Assembly: GCA_021372475.1 (NCBI GenBank)
Contig: JAJFUJ010000139.1
Span: forward strand, 9,535-73,534
Length of the DNA: 64,000 nt
Direction of reading: 5' to 3'
Origin: Chloroflexota bacterium
GTDB taxonomy: Bacteria; Chloroflexota; Anaerolineae; UBA1429
Shown here: positions 9,381 to 20,026 of the stretch, one piece after another
Numbering within the stretch: the stretch's first letter is position 1
Layout of the letters: the number at the start of each line of letters is the position of its first letter
The notes under the pieces: model-generated
Told to the model about the DNA's origin: nothing
What the model saw: only the letters and a program-made list of their open reading frames with translations
Databases searched by the model: none
Position numbers and translations under genes: made by a program

Positions 9381-10715
9381 TCAGAAAGTACGTTTACGGG
9401 TGCTGCGCCGCACCGGGCCGGTGTGTTTACTCGCTCCGCGGTAACTCGGGAGATCGAGGTCTATAATTGTGCATACTTCAGCATCTTCCAGGCGGCTCTT
9501 TAACCGTTCATCCAAGGATTCCCAATCTGCTCGCGAGACCGTCAGCACCGTTGGTAAGCCGATCTGGTAGCGGTGGTTAAGAATCTGAAACAGCTTTTCC
9601 CGCGCCCAAGGCGAAGTGTTTTGAGTGCTCAGGTCGTCCAGCACAAGCAGCCTGGCTCGGCGTACCTCATTGAAGCGCTGGTCGTAGGATACGGCACTGC
9701 CGGGTTGGAAGGTCGCTCGCAGGTAGTCCAGCAGGTCAGCTACCACCACAAACAGCACCGATATACCCGCCCGACTGACATGATTGGCAATTGCGGCGGC
9801 CAGGTGGGTTTTGCCTACGCCGTACGGTCCGCGGATGAGCAGCCAATTTTGGGGCGCCTCGCTGTATTCCTGGACATCTTGCATCGCTTTTTTTAGGGCT
9901 TGTTGCTGGTTGGCATCCAGGTCGGCACGCCGGTCTTTGAAAGCATCCATGGTCATTTCCTGATAGCTGCTCAGGGAGCCAAAAGAGTCGTTTTTACCTT
10001 TGATGCGGTGGTCAACGCCGTGGAGCGGGACTATGACTACCATATTCTGATCGCGCAAACGCGAGGCTAAACGCGGATCCAGATCGTCCAGCATCTGGTT
10101 CGTAGTGATAACCGTGGGCAGTTCGGCATTGTAACGGTAGTTGAGCAGTTGGTAAAGTTTTTCGGCGGCCCAGGGAGTTGCATTCTGAGTGCCGAGGTCA
10201 TCCAGGATGAGCATGTCAATGCTGCGCACCTGGTCAAAGCGCTCATCATAGGTGGTCGTGCTGTTAGGAGCGTAGGCTGCCCTGAGATAATCGAGCAGGT
10301 CAGGCACTACCACAAACAGCACCGGTTGAGCCTGTTCGAGCCGATAGTTGGCTATCGCTGCAGCGAGGTGGGTTTTTCCGCTGCCGTATGAGCCGGTGAA
10401 AACCAGCCAGCCGTGCGGGTTCCTGGCGTAACTTTGAGCCTCTGAACACGCCATCTGCAGCGACATCGCTATTTCAGTGGCTCCGCTGCCGTCGACTTGG
10501 AACGTTTCAAAGGTCATTTTCTGCAAGTACTGCAGGTTGCTGGCCTGTCGCAATGCCTCGATTCGCCGGCGTGTGTATTCCTGCCGTTTGCATACGCAGG
10601 GTTGTGCTTTGCCGAAACGCGGGTCGCCAACAGGGACATCCGCACGCACGTAACCCATGCCGTGGCAGTACGGGCACTCCTCCGGTGTTTCTTGTTGAGG
10701 ATCTTCCATTGACAT
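9381..10715 (-). CDS. Helicase-loader-like protein with an N-terminal zinc ribbon and two tandem DnaC/DnaI/IstB-type AAA+ modules
   Basis: CxxC...CxC at the N-terminus (CPYCHGMGYV...CVCK). Module 1: GSYGSGKTHLAAAIANY ... MLILDDLG ... ITTN. Module 2: GPYGVGKTHLAAAIANH ... LLVLDDLS ... TVSR. Both have intact Walker A/B and sensor regions. It lies immediately downstream of dnaB and a DnaD-like gene. Confidence 0.8.
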   Translation of the reverse strand: MSMEDPQQETPEECPYCHGMGYVRADVPVGDPRFGKAQPCVCKRQEYTRRRIEALRQASNLQYLQKMTFETFQVDGSGATEIAMSLQMACSEAQSYARNPHGWLVFTGSYGSGKTHLAAAIANYRLEQAQPVLFVVVPDLLDYLRAAYAPNSTTTYDERFDQVRSIDMLILDDLGTQNATPWAAEKLYQLLNYRYNAELPTVITTNQMLDDLDPRLASRLRDQNMVVIVPLHGVDHRIKGKNDSFGSLSSYQEMTMDAFKDRRADLDANQQQALKKAMQDVQEYSEAPQNWLLIRGPYGVGKTHLAAAIANHVSRAGISVLFVVVADLLDYLRATFQPGSAVSYDQRFNEVRRARLLVLDDLSTQNTSPWAREKLFQILNHRYQIGLPTVLTVSRADWESLDERLKSRLEDAEVCTIIDLDLPSYRGASKHTGPVRRSTRKRTF

Positions 10716-10724
10716 AGGCTGCTA

Positions 10725-11366
10725 TTACTCTTGCTTTCGCCCGGAAATGGACCAGCGCTTCAGGATAGCCTCGATGTAGCGCCAGTTACGCACGTTTCTC
10801 TCCACCGCGATTTGAAAAGCCTCTCTAATCCAGTTATCTGGATAGGTCTTGCTCGCCTCAAGCAGTTGCTCGCTAATGAGCGGCGTCAGTAACCCTATGT
10901 TCTCCTCATACAAGGTAAAGATGGAGGGCTTGGCGTGTTGAATATGCGGCTCAACGACACGACCCTCAGTCTCCAATACGAGCGTACCTTCCTTAACTTC
11001 CCGGATGGCGGCGCGCCCCTGAGGGGTATTAAGAAACAGGTAAGTTAAGACACTGTCATTGGCGTTGATATCCAACTGCAAAATTGTGCCGCGGGTTACC
11101 GCTCGCGTCACTGCCTGATGCAGTGCATCAAGCCTGGTCTCATCCCCAAGCGTGGGCAGCCCGCTCAAGAGCGGGCCTTCGCTCTCCAGTTCACTCATCA
11201 CAAGGTAGCGAGGCGAGCCCTTTTGATGATACAAAGCCCAAAACATATAGATAGTAAGCTTGAGTTCGGCAAGGTCGTCTATTTCTGACAGCAGGTCGGC
11301 AAAAAATAAATCCGGTACCGGCGTATAGTTCAGGCGCCCCTCTGGAAACCCAGTGAACGTTTTCAC
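10725..11366 (-). CDS. DnaD-domain replication initiation/primosome protein
   Basis: C-terminal DnaD-like motif (…[17 protein letters not shown]). Its start overlaps the dnaB stop by 4 nt (ATGA), so the two are translationally coupled. It sits between the helicase and loader genes. Confidence 0.65.
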   Translation of the reverse strand: MKTFTGFPEGRLNYTPVPDLFFADLLSEIDDLAELKLTIYMFWALYHQKGSPRYLVMSELESEGPLLSGLPTLGDETRLDALHQAVTRAVTRGTILQLDINANDSVLTYLFLNTPQGRAAIREVKEGTLVLETEGRVVEPHIQHAKPSIFTLYEENIGLLTPLISEQLLEASKTYPDNWIREAFQIAVERNVRNWRYIEAILKRWSISGRKQE

Positions 11367-12715
11367 GATGTGCCGTATCCGCCGCCGTCATCTTCCGGCG
11401 CATGCAGGTCGGCAAATAACGTAAGTTTCGGATTAAAGTATAGCGAAACAGTGCCCGAAGCCCCGTTCCGATGCTTGGCCACAATTAAATCGGCGATATT
11501 GGTTCTATCGGTCGGCTCATTGAAGGTATCCTCACGATAGATAAAAATGACAATGTCGGCATCCTGCTCAATCGAGCCGCTTTCGCGGAGGTCCGAAAGT
11601 ACTGGTTTTTTATCCGGACGGTTCTCAACAGCGCGCGAAAGCTGCGACAGGGCGACTACCGGCACATTCAACTCTCGGGCGAGCGATTTTAACGAGCGCG
11701 AGATATATGAAATCTCCTGCACCCGATTCTCGCTGCGCCTGTCGCCGGCCTGCATCAATTGCAGGTAGTCGATGATAATGAGGTCCAGGTTGAACTCAGC
11801 TGCCAGGCGGCGCGACTTGCTGCGGATTTCCATCGGGGTGAGCGATGCAGAGTCATCGATAAAGATCTGCGCTTGCGAGAGCTCCCCGCTAACGCGGGTA
11901 AACTCATCCCATCGGTCTAGGATATGCCCGTTTCGCAAGTCCTTGGAATCGATCCCTGAAGATGCCGAGATCATGCGCTGCACTAACTGCTCGCTGGACA
12001 TTTCGAGCGTAAAAATCGCCACTACGGCATTGTGCCGCAGCGATGCGTTGCAGGCAATGGTAGTTGCCAGGCTGCTTTTACCCACCGCAGGCCGCGCTGC
12101 GATGATAATCAGATCGGAGCGCTGCATGCCCCCCAGCAGCTTGTCTAAATCAGCAAACCCGGTCGGCACACCCGAAGTCTGGTCAGGGTGCAGCGCTAGG
12201 TTCTCCACTTTGTCATAATACGGACCGATTATCTCTGCAATAGGGGTTAACTCGCGCACGGACCTGCGCTGGGCAACCTCGAATATTATGCTCTCGGCTT
12301 TATCTACGACTTCATCAACATCCTCACGGTCTTCATAGGCCAGGGCAGCAATCTCGCCGGCTGCATCGATCAGCCTCCGCATAACGCGGGTGCGTTCAAC
12401 GATATGCCCGTAATACTCCACGTTAACCGAGGTAGGCACCATATTGACCAGCGAGGTCAGGTATGGAGCGCCGCCAACGATCTCTAGTTTGTTGTTTCGC
12501 TCCAGTTCATCGATTACAGTCACAAGGTCAGCGGGGACGCGTCGTTCATGCAGGTCAACAATGGCTTGAAAGATAATCTGATGGGTTTCACGGTAGAAAT
12601 CCTGAGGTTGCAAAAAGGTGCTCACCCTGATGATTGCGTCAGGATCTATCAGCAGGCTGCCGAGTACCGATTGCTCCGCTTCGATATTTTGAGGGGGCAG
12701 GCGATCTTGAGCCAT
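11363..12715 (-). CDS. dnaB: Replicative DNA helicase DnaB
   Basis: N-terminal [22 protein letters not shown]. RecA-like domain with GKSSLA Walker A and the H2–H4 motifs. 450 aa. Confidence 0.95.
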   Translation of the reverse strand: MAQDRLPPQNIEAEQSVLGSLLIDPDAIIRVSTFLQPQDFYRETHQIIFQAIVDLHERRVPADLVTVIDELERNNKLEIVGGAPYLTSLVNMVPTSVNVEYYGHIVERTRVMRRLIDAAGEIAALAYEDREDVDEVVDKAESIIFEVAQRRSVRELTPIAEIIGPYYDKVENLALHPDQTSGVPTGFADLDKLLGGMQRSDLIIIAARPAVGKSSLATTIACNASLRHNAVVAIFTLEMSSEQLVQRMISASSGIDSKDLRNGHILDRWDEFTRVSGELSQAQIFIDDSASLTPMEIRSKSRRLAAEFNLDLIIIDYLQLMQAGDRRSENRVQEISYISRSLKSLARELNVPVVALSQLSRAVENRPDKKPVLSDLRESGSIEQDADIVIFIYREDTFNEPTDRTNIADLIVAKHRNGASGTVSLYFNPKLTLFADLHAPEDDGGGYGTS

Positions 12716-12717
12716 GG

Positions 12718-13215
12718 TTACTGCTTCCCGAGGTCGTCAATATCCAGCGAGCTGAGAAATTCGCGGAAAGGGCCCAACTGGTCATCCTGGCCAGGTTGAG
12801 TTTTGCGTATATCGGGTGAAACGGTGATGGCGGCTTTTTCCATAACGCTCTCATCCGCATATAACGGCACAGCCGCCCGTAGTGCCAAGGCTATCGCATC
12901 GCTCGGGCGGGCATCCAGCATTTGCAGCCGACCGCCCCGCTGCAATGCAAGGCGCGCATAGAACGTGCTCTCGTTCAGATCGTTAATCACAATATACGCC
13001 AACTGCCCACCAAGTTCAGTGATCGTATTCAATAATAAATCATGTGTCATCGGACGTGGGATAGAAGTATCCTGCAAGCGCATCACAATGGCTTCTGACT
13101 CGAAACTGCCTATCCATATTGGCAGGTAGCGTTCACCGTGCGTCTCCTTGAGCAGAATAACACGGTGCCGGTCCAATAGGCTATAGAGCACGGAATACAC
13201 ATCCAGTTCTATCAC
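12718..13215 (-). CDS. Bifunctional nuclease (BFN/DUF151) family protein
   Basis: Motif [45 protein letters not shown] is typical of the BFN domain. It is directly upstream of dnaB with a 2-nt gap. Confidence 0.65.
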   Translation of the reverse strand: MIELDVYSVLYSLLDRHRVILLKETHGERYLPIWIGSFESEAIVMRLQDTSIPRPMTHDLLLNTITELGGQLAYIVINDLNESTFYARLALQRGGRLQMLDARPSDAIALALRAAVPLYADESVMEKAAITVSPDIRKTQPGQDDQLGPFREFLSSLDIDDLGKQ

Positions 13216-13276
13216 GAAGGCACTCCCCCAGCTCGAATACCCTATTATAGCATGGGAAGCGTTCCTTGTTCAATCG

Positions 13277-14107
13277 TCAGAGCCAGCGGTTAACTAAAAG
13301 AAGCAATGAGCCACAAAATACGGCAATAAGGCTATATTCCAGGACGACTCGTCCTGAGAGACGTTTTTGCAACATAGACCGAGTAAGCCCCGTTGCCAGG
13401 TAGTATAAAAGGAGCAGAATGGCGCCGCCCACGCGGGCATCCATTTTGACATAGTTGAGTGCCCATTTACATTCGCTCATGACCAAACCGATGATGAGCG
13501 CATATAACCAGATACGCTTGGAGTTTGATTCCAGCTCGCGGATGAGCTCAAGTGAGAGCATCGCGCTGACTGCCAGCACCGAGGTAGCAGAAATGAGCGC
13601 CCTCATGGGAGCACTGGATATAACGATGTAGAATATCAAGGCTGCCAAATATACAGCTACCTGAAGCGTCAAGCGAGCCGGCCATGCCATCTTGCCGGAA
13701 TAATCCATCGTGTGATACTGCATGGAGAGCACAAGGGATAGCAGCAGCGCCACAAGGCCAATGAAACTGACGCGCAGCAACCAACTGGGGATATTGGGCA
13801 AGATGATAAAGCTGAAAAAAGTGATTACACCGGGCAAAATCCAGAACGTTACGGAATAGCCAAATGAAGAGTCCGGCAAATTAGGGTGGCTGCGTACTGT
13901 CATTTCACTGCAGAGGCATACCAAAGCGGTGAGCAGTATGCCAAATTGGACCGTTGTATTTATCGATAACTGAAGCTCGGAGCCGAGCACCGTCAACGTT
14001 ATCAGGCGTGTCGGCAAGGTTATCAAGCTGGCCAGCAACAGTCCACATATTATAAAACCGATGGTAATCCAGGTTTGTTCGCTTCTGGACATACTATAGA
14101 CCTGCAA
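13277..14107 (-). CDS. Polytopic membrane protein, function unknown
   Basis: Seven or more hydrophobic helices. No recognisable motif. Confidence 0.5.
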   Translation of the reverse strand: MQVYSMSRSEQTWITIGFIICGLLLASLITLPTRLITLTVLGSELQLSINTTVQFGILLTALVCLCSEMTVRSHPNLPDSSFGYSVTFWILPGVITFFSFIILPNIPSWLLRVSFIGLVALLLSLVLSMQYHTMDYSGKMAWPARLTLQVAVYLAALIFYIVISSAPMRALISATSVLAVSAMLSLELIRELESNSKRIWLYALIIGLVMSECKWALNYVKMDARVGGAILLLLYYLATGLTRSMLQKRLSGRVVLEYSLIAVFCGSLLLLVNRWL

Positions 14108-14208
14108 TAAACTGTAAGTCGATTCTAGGTTTAGCGTTGGCCGCTGTCAAAAGCTGGCTAGCACGCCGGGGTGATCCCGTAGTTTTTCGCCGGATGAAAG
14201 GGGTAGTG

Positions 14209-15564
14209 ATGACCCACGAACGTTTCAACCTGCATAGCCTGGCAGATTTAGCTGATAAAGTCGCGGAACTTGGGCTTGATTTACCCGTGTGCGCCCAGAC
14301 AGAATTACTGAACTCCTCGGTTTTAGTCGGGCAGCACCATATCGCCAACCGCTTTGCGCTGCAGCCTATGGAGGGCTGTGATGGCACTCAGGATGGCCGG
14401 CCAGACGCCCTGACGTTCCGCCGTTACGAGCGTTTTTACCATGGCGGAGCGGGTTTGGTGTGGTTTGAGGCTACGGCGGTGGCCTCCGAAGGGCGCGCCA
14501 ATCCCCGCCAACTGTACTTGAATGACACTACCTGGCCCGCCTTTTTGATGTTACGCGAGAGGGCGCTTCAAGCAGGGCAGCAGAGCAATGGTGCGGACTA
14601 TCTGCCGTACACCGTCCTGCAGTTGACGCACTCAGGCAGGTACAGTCGACCGTCCGATAAGCCAGCGCCCATTATCGCCCATCACGACGGCGTACTTGAC
14701 GGCGTATTCCATCTGCCGCCCGATTATCCCCTGATTACCGACCAGGAGTTGCAGGCGCTGATTCCTCAATATGTGGCTGCAGCGCGCTTGGCGGAGCACT
14801 GCGGATTCGATGCCGTGGATATTAAAAGCTGCCATCGTTACTTGATAAATGAACTCCTGGCCGCTCATACTCGCCCCGGAGGATACGGCGGATCATTCGA
14901 GAACCGGACTAGGCTGCTATTGGAGATAGTGAATGCGGTTCGCGCTGCATGCCCGGATTTGGCCGTCTGGGTGCGGCTTTCCTGTTACGACGGCCATCCG
15001 TTCCCCTGGGGTTGGGGCGCCGATTCTAGTGATGAACATACCCCTGATATGCATGAGCCGTTGCATCTAGTCGGGCTGTTACAGCAAGCAGGCGTGGCCG
15101 GCATTAATGTGACGGCCGGCAATCCTTATTTTACCCCCCATATCAACCGACCATACGACCGCGCTGTCGTTAACGGCAAACTGCCCGACGAGCATCCTCT
15201 GATTGGTGTCGCGCGTTTACTCAACCTGGCGCATCTGGTTAAAGAAGCTTATCCCAGCCTGCTGGTTATTGGTTCGGGATTCTCCTGGCTGCGCCACCTG
15301 CTGCCGTATGTAGCGGCTGGGGTGATTCAACAAGGCTGGATGGACCTGGCGGGAATCGGCCGTGGGGCATTTGCTTACCCTGATCTAGTGCGCGATGTGT
15401 TGTTGACCGGCAAGATGAACCCCAAGCGGGCCTGTATCACTTGTAGCCGCTGTACACAAATTATGCGCGACCATGGGTGTGCCGGGTGCGCGATCTTTGA
15501 CCGCGAGGTATATGGCCCTATATATGCGGCCGGCAGAGTGCAGCATCCTGCTCAATCAGGATGA
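14209..15564 (+). CDS. NADH:flavin oxidoreductase (Old Yellow Enzyme family) with a C-terminal Cys-rich tail
   Basis: OYE TIM-barrel motifs (LVWFEATAV...; QLTHSGRY; HCGFDAVDIKSCHRYLINELL). C-terminal CITCSRC...CAGC cluster. Start chosen at ATG 14209 with an AAAGGGG Shine-Dalgarno; the six-frame ORF starts at 14137. Confidence 0.7.
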   Translation: MTHERFNLHSLADLADKVAELGLDLPVCAQTELLNSSVLVGQHHIANRFALQPMEGCDGTQDGRPDALTFRRYERFYHGGAGLVWFEATAVASEGRANPRQLYLNDTTWPAFLMLRERALQAGQQSNGADYLPYTVLQLTHSGRYSRPSDKPAPIIAHHDGVLDGVFHLPPDYPLITDQELQALIPQYVAAARLAEHCGFDAVDIKSCHRYLINELLAAHTRPGGYGGSFENRTRLLLEIVNAVRAACPDLAVWVRLSCYDGHPFPWGWGADSSDEHTPDMHEPLHLVGLLQQAGVAGINVTAGNPYFTPHINRPYDRAVVNGKLPDEHPLIGVARLLNLAHLVKEAYPSLLVIGSGFSWLRHLLPYVAAGVIQQGWMDLAGIGRGAFAYPDLVRDVLLTGKMNPKRACITCSRCTQIMRDHGCAGCAIFDREVYGPIYAAGRVQHPAQSG

Positions 15565-15566
15565 GG

Positions 15567-16889
15567 TTATTCCTCAGCATGCCCGCGGAAGACTATTTTT
15601 ATCGGCGTACCTTCAAAGGGATAACTCTTGCGTATCTGGTTCTCCAGATAGCGCGTATAGCTAAAATGCACCAGTTCGGTATCATTCACAAAGAAAACAA
15701 AAGTTGGAGGGTCAACGCTCACCTGCGAGCCGTAGTAGAAACGCAGTTTTTTACCTGACCGGCTGGGAGGCGAGTGCTGCGAGGTGGCATCACGCAGGAT
15801 GGCGTTCAGTTCGCTGGTGCTCAGGCGCTGCTGACGTTCTTGGTAAATACGCAGCATCAATGGCAGGATACGGTCAACCCGTTGGCCGCGTAGTGCAGAG
15901 ATATACAATACTGGCACATAAGGCATAAACTTGAGCTCATTACGCAGCCTGGCCTCATATTCGGCCTGTGTGTTGGTATCCTTGGTTACCAGATCCCACT
16001 TGTTTACTAAGACAGCGACGCTCTTGAACTCCTCCAGGATAAAACCGGCGATATGCGCATCCTGAGCGGTGATCCCGGCGGTTGCGTCCACGACGAACAT
16101 GACAATATTCGCCCGATCGATGGCATGAAATGCCCGCAGCACGCTATATTTTTCGATGCCTTGAGCGATGCTGCCGCGTTTACGAATGCCGGCGGTGTCA
16201 ATCAACACAATCGGTTGTCCGTAATAGACTAGGCGCGTATCAACAGCATCGCGCGTAGTGCCCGGTATATCACTTACGATAACGCGTTCCTCACCCATCA
16301 GACGATTCAGGAGCGATGACTTGCCCACATTCGTGCGCCCAACAATGGCAATACTGAGAGTTTGGTCGGTATCTTCAGCCTCCAGCTCTCCTGGAAGGAT
16401 CTGAACTAGATGATCGAGCAAGTCACCAATCCCCATACCTCGCAGTGCCGATATCGGGTAAGGGTCGCCTAATCCAAGCTGATAGAACTCTGGCAAATCC
16501 TGATCGCGTTTGATGTTGTCCGCCTTGTTAACTGCCAGAATAATCGGCTTGTGAGTTTTACGCAGCAAGCCGGCGATTTCATGGTCGGCTGGTAAAAGGC
16601 CTTCGGTAATGTCTGTCACAAAGAGAATAACGTCCGCCTCTTCAATGGCAATCTGGGCCTGGATACGCACTTGTTCGACCAGCGAGCTCGTCTCGGTCAA
16701 CACCAGCCCGCCTGTATCAACCAACGCAAAACTGTGTCCAGTCCACTCGGCTCTGCCATACTGCCGATCGCGGGTGGTACCGGGCTCATCTTCCACAATC
16801 GCCCGGCGTTCCCCAATCAGGCGGTTAAACAGTGTGGATTTACCGACATTTGGTCGTCCAACCAGAGCGACGAGAGCTTTAGGTGTCAT
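15567..16889 (-). CDS. der: Ribosome-biogenesis GTPase Der (EngA), double GTPase domains
   Basis: Two G domains (GRPNVGKSTLFN...DTGG; GRTNVGKSSLLN...DTAG) plus a C-terminal KH-like domain. Confidence 0.93.
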   Translation of the reverse strand: MTPKALVALVGRPNVGKSTLFNRLIGERRAIVEDEPGTTRDRQYGRAEWTGHSFALVDTGGLVLTETSSLVEQVRIQAQIAIEEADVILFVTDITEGLLPADHEIAGLLRKTHKPIILAVNKADNIKRDQDLPEFYQLGLGDPYPISALRGMGIGDLLDHLVQILPGELEAEDTDQTLSIAIVGRTNVGKSSLLNRLMGEERVIVSDIPGTTRDAVDTRLVYYGQPIVLIDTAGIRKRGSIAQGIEKYSVLRAFHAIDRANIVMFVVDATAGITAQDAHIAGFILEEFKSVAVLVNKWDLVTKDTNTQAEYEARLRNELKFMPYVPVLYISALRGQRVDRILPLMLRIYQERQQRLSTSELNAILRDATSQHSPPSRSGKKLRFYYGSQVSVDPPTFVFFVNDTELVHFSYTRYLENQIRKSYPFEGTPIKIVFRGHAEE

Positions 16890-16905
16890 ATAAACCCACC
16901 TGTTC

Positions 16906-18219
16906 CTAACGTGTGGCGCCGGCAGGCGTTAACGAAGGAGGCGTGGATGTCGGCGCAGGTGCTTTGGTTATCTCCACTTCGATGAACTCTGGCGATACAC
17001 TTGTCACCGTCAATTGGTCTAAATTGGGGGCTTTATCGGCCAGTATCGAAACGATCGACTTAACTTGATGTTTGCCGATCCCGAGGCCGCCTAAATCAAC
17101 ATAAGCTTCCATCAAATCAGGCGTGAGGCTGTCCAGGATGACGGTAGGTCCAGTGATGATGATATCCACTGAAGGGACGTTTAGCTGCGCTGTAAGTCCC
17201 TCCCCCAGTTTACGTGCTTCGAGCGGCAGTTCTATGCTCGAACCGCCCATAACCGGCGCAATTTCGATGGAAACGAACACATCCTGACGCTGCTGGCCGC
17301 TTTCGCTGTAAATGGTGACGCCTTCGGGCAAGTCCAGCGGCATCCTTTGGACAATCGTTTTGGTTGCAGCCGTTACGTCAACCACCCCAAGGGTGGAAAC
17401 AAGTCCGGACATATTCGCCACCACAGCAGGCGGCCCTACCACGGTCACCGTGCTGGGATCTACGGTGACGCCAGAGATATAGTACCCGTTGGCAGGATGA
17501 CCAGACGTAAGCGTTCTGACAGCCACTTCTCGGTAATTCAGCATCCGCTCGATCATTACTGAGACATTGACTGTCTGCGGGTTCAATTGTAATCCAGAGA
17601 TGACCTGCCCATTCCGGTCAAGCGGTTGAACCTCTACCCTGCGCTCGAGGGTACTGCGCTGGCCGATCAGGGAAACCGCAGCTTGAACAGCCGTAACGTT
17701 GGTCACCAGCGAAGCAGGGCCTACAATTGTTACACTGGCAGGGATTACCGAGCTGATGGATGCCGAATAGCCCAACGGTAAATCCTCGATATTATCTAAG
17801 CGTGCTTCGATAGGTAGCGTGATTGTTCGCAGCGGCTGTAAATCTACATATACCGTTTGCGGTTGTGTCTCTATAACAGATACCAGATGGTCAGAGCAGG
17901 TAACTTTAACGGGCATGCTCCTTGTTCCTGGTTCAAGGTTCTCAAGGTCGACAACCGCTTTGAAACTGCCACTGGTCAGCGTGCTCCAACTGGATTCAAA
18001 GGCACGGATGCGTACTTTGGCTGTTTTATCCAGGGCGCTCGCCAGCGTCAATCCCTCCGGCAGATTGATGATATCAATCGGTATCGTCTGAGGAAAAAAG
18101 TCTTCGCGCGGTCGGTCGTTAGCATAGGTGGCGCTTACCCACACTACAACAGCAAGCACTAGCGCCAAAGCTACTGAGCCGATATTATCCCAACCTCGTT
18201 TACTGATTGCCAGCTTCAC
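16906..18219 (-). CDS. cdaR: YbbR-domain protein (CdaR-like regulator of diadenylate cyclase)
   Basis: N-terminal TM helix followed by repeated beta-rich YbbR-like modules. Its start overlaps the cdaA stop by 4 nt, as in cdaA–cdaR operons. Confidence 0.7.
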   Translation of the reverse strand: MKLAISKRGWDNIGSVALALVLAVVVWVSATYANDRPREDFFPQTIPIDIINLPEGLTLASALDKTAKVRIRAFESSWSTLTSGSFKAVVDLENLEPGTRSMPVKVTCSDHLVSVIETQPQTVYVDLQPLRTITLPIEARLDNIEDLPLGYSASISSVIPASVTIVGPASLVTNVTAVQAAVSLIGQRSTLERRVEVQPLDRNGQVISGLQLNPQTVNVSVMIERMLNYREVAVRTLTSGHPANGYYISGVTVDPSTVTVVGPPAVVANMSGLVSTLGVVDVTAATKTIVQRMPLDLPEGVTIYSESGQQRQDVFVSIEIAPVMGGSSIELPLEARKLGEGLTAQLNVPSVDIIITGPTVILDSLTPDLMEAYVDLGGLGIGKHQVKSIVSILADKAPNLDQLTVTSVSPEFIEVEITKAPAPTSTPPSLTPAGATR

Positions 18220-19076
18220 AGTTGACCCTTGTGTTTTTTATGTTGAACATGCAGCGTGTCAAGCACCCGTGAAATCCAATCGCGCACATTGCCCTTTCGT
18301 GCCTGCTCGGGTTTGAGCAGTGTCTGCAGCAGTGTTACCAACCGACGTTCATCTAAATGCCTGACAATGCGGCCACTGCGCGCCATCGAGATGATTCCAG
18401 TTTCCTCCGAGACAACGAGCGCAATTGCATCCGTTGTTTCGGTGATGCCAATCGCAGCGCGATGACGCGTGCCTAGATGTACATCAGATACCACTGACTC
18501 AGTTAGCGGTAGTAAACAAGCAGCAGCCACAATTTCATTACCACGTATTATAACGGCGCCATCGTGTAAAGCGGTATTCGGGAAGAAAACGGTCTGCAGC
18601 AATTCACTTACCACAGCGCTATGGATGGAAACCCCGGTATCGATATAATCCTGTAATCCGGTTTCGCGTTCGATAACGATTAAAGCGCCGTGATGCATCT
18701 CGGATAGACGTCCGCAGCTATTGGCGATCTCGCGGATTGTACGATCGACCGCCGAATCGGATTCTGCCAAGAAGGTGATGCCGCTGGCTCTGCCGAGTCT
18801 GTCCAGCGCACGGCGCAGTTCAGGCTGCAGCACAATCACAACGACGATTAACAGCGCTTGTGCAGCGTTTCTGAGGAGCCAGTTAAAAGCAGTTAAGCCG
18901 GCAATACTCCCGATCAATGCCAGAACAATGGCAACCAGCATAGTTCCTTTGATTAGCTGCATTGCCTGGGTTCCACGCACCAGCATCAGAACCCCGTAGA
19001 ATACTCCGGCTACCAGGAGGATATCTACCAGGTTGCGCAATTCTAGTTTAGAGAGTACCCAGAGAATATCAGTCAC
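18216..19076 (-). CDS. cdaA: Diadenylate cyclase CdaA (c-di-AMP synthase)
   Basis: Three N-terminal TM helices followed by a DAC domain (ALHDGAVIIRGNEIVAAACLLPLT; GTRHRAAIGITETTDAIALVVSEETGIIS). Confidence 0.9.
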   Translation of the reverse strand: MTDILWVLSKLELRNLVDILLVAGVFYGVLMLVRGTQAMQLIKGTMLVAIVLALIGSIAGLTAFNWLLRNAAQALLIVVVIVLQPELRRALDRLGRASGITFLAESDSAVDRTIREIANSCGRLSEMHHGALIVIERETGLQDYIDTGVSIHSAVVSELLQTVFFPNTALHDGAVIIRGNEIVAAACLLPLTESVVSDVHLGTRHRAAIGITETTDAIALVVSEETGIISMARSGRIVRHLDERRLVTLLQTLLKPEQARKGNVRDWISRVLDTLHVQHKKHKGQL

Positions 19077-19078
19077 GT

Positions 19079-20002
19079 TTAAACCCCGAGCAAATCTACC
19101 AATACCGCTTTTTGGGCATGCAGCCGATTTTCAGCCTGGTCAAAAATCCAAGAATGCGCGCCGTCGGCAACCTCGTCGGTTATCTCTTCTCCTCGATGCG
19201 CTGGCAAGCAGTGCATTACGCCCACTTGCTTTTTGGCAATGCTGACCAGGGCAGCGTTTACCTGATAAGGAGGGAAGACTTGGCGGCGGATGGCTGCCTC
19301 CGTCTCCTGCCCCATACTTGTCCAGGTGTCGGTGTAGATAATGTCGGCGTCCGTTGCAGCTTCGTACGGGTCGACAACCAGATGAATCTCCGCGCCAGTT
19401 TCGGCAGCGCGCAGGCGCGCCCACTCGACAACTTCGCTCAGCGGCCCGTATCCTGTCGGAGTCGCAGCCCAAATGCGCATCCCTGTATTGGCGCCACCCA
19501 TCAGCAGCGAATGGAGGACATTGTTCCCATCGCCAACATACGCCAGTTTGACTCCTTTGAGCCCGCCCAGCTTTTCCTGGATAGTGAGTAAATCCGCCAT
19601 CCCCTGGCACGGGTGGTCGAAATCAGATAATCCGTTGACAACTGGCACTGAAGCCCATTCGGCAAGACCAAGGATATCTCGATGAGAGAACACACGCGCC
19701 ATAATTCCATCCACATAGCGCGCTAGTACCCTGGCCACATCCGGCACACTTTCACGTTGACCCAGCTTAATCTCATCCGGAGCAATGTACAGTGCATCGC
19801 CGCCTTCTTGCTTCATTGCCATCTCGAAAGATACCCTTGTGCGTAAAGAAGGCTTTTGGAATACCATCGCCAGTGTTTTGCCGAAGAGCAGGTTCCGGCT
19901 TTGCTTGGCATACAGGTCACGCTTTAGCCGCGCTGCCAGTCCTAACAGGGATAGCGTCTCCTGTGGTGTTTTGTCTGCGATGCTGATGAAATCCTTTTTC
20001 AT
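19079..20002 (-). CDS. argF: Ornithine carbamoyltransferase
   Basis: Carbamoyl-phosphate binding motif STRTRVSFE. Ornithine-binding motifs D..N and HCLPAHRGEE. 307 aa. Confidence 0.9.
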   Translation of the reverse strand: MKKDFISIADKTPQETLSLLGLAARLKRDLYAKQSRNLLFGKTLAMVFQKPSLRTRVSFEMAMKQEGGDALYIAPDEIKLGQRESVPDVARVLARYVDGIMARVFSHRDILGLAEWASVPVVNGLSDFDHPCQGMADLLTIQEKLGGLKGVKLAYVGDGNNVLHSLLMGGANTGMRIWAATPTGYGPLSEVVEWARLRAAETGAEIHLVVDPYEAATDADIIYTDTWTSMGQETEAAIRRQVFPPYQVNAALVSIAKKQVGVMHCLPAHRGEEITDEVADGAHSWIFDQAENRLHAQKAVLVDLLGV

Positions 20003-20026
20003 GCCAACCCCAGTTCTATCTTTATA

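Noticed and set aside
9381-10715. Possibility that the tandem AAA+ protein is an IS21 IstB helper (mobile element)
   Set aside because: There is no istA or transposase, no terminal repeats, an N-terminal DnaI-like zinc ribbon, and operon linkage to dnaB and a DnaD-like gene. All of this favours a replication role.
19112-19716. Cluster of overlapping ORFs on both strands inside argF
   Set aside because: They are alternative frames of a well-supported ornithine carbamoyltransferase gene and have no motifs.
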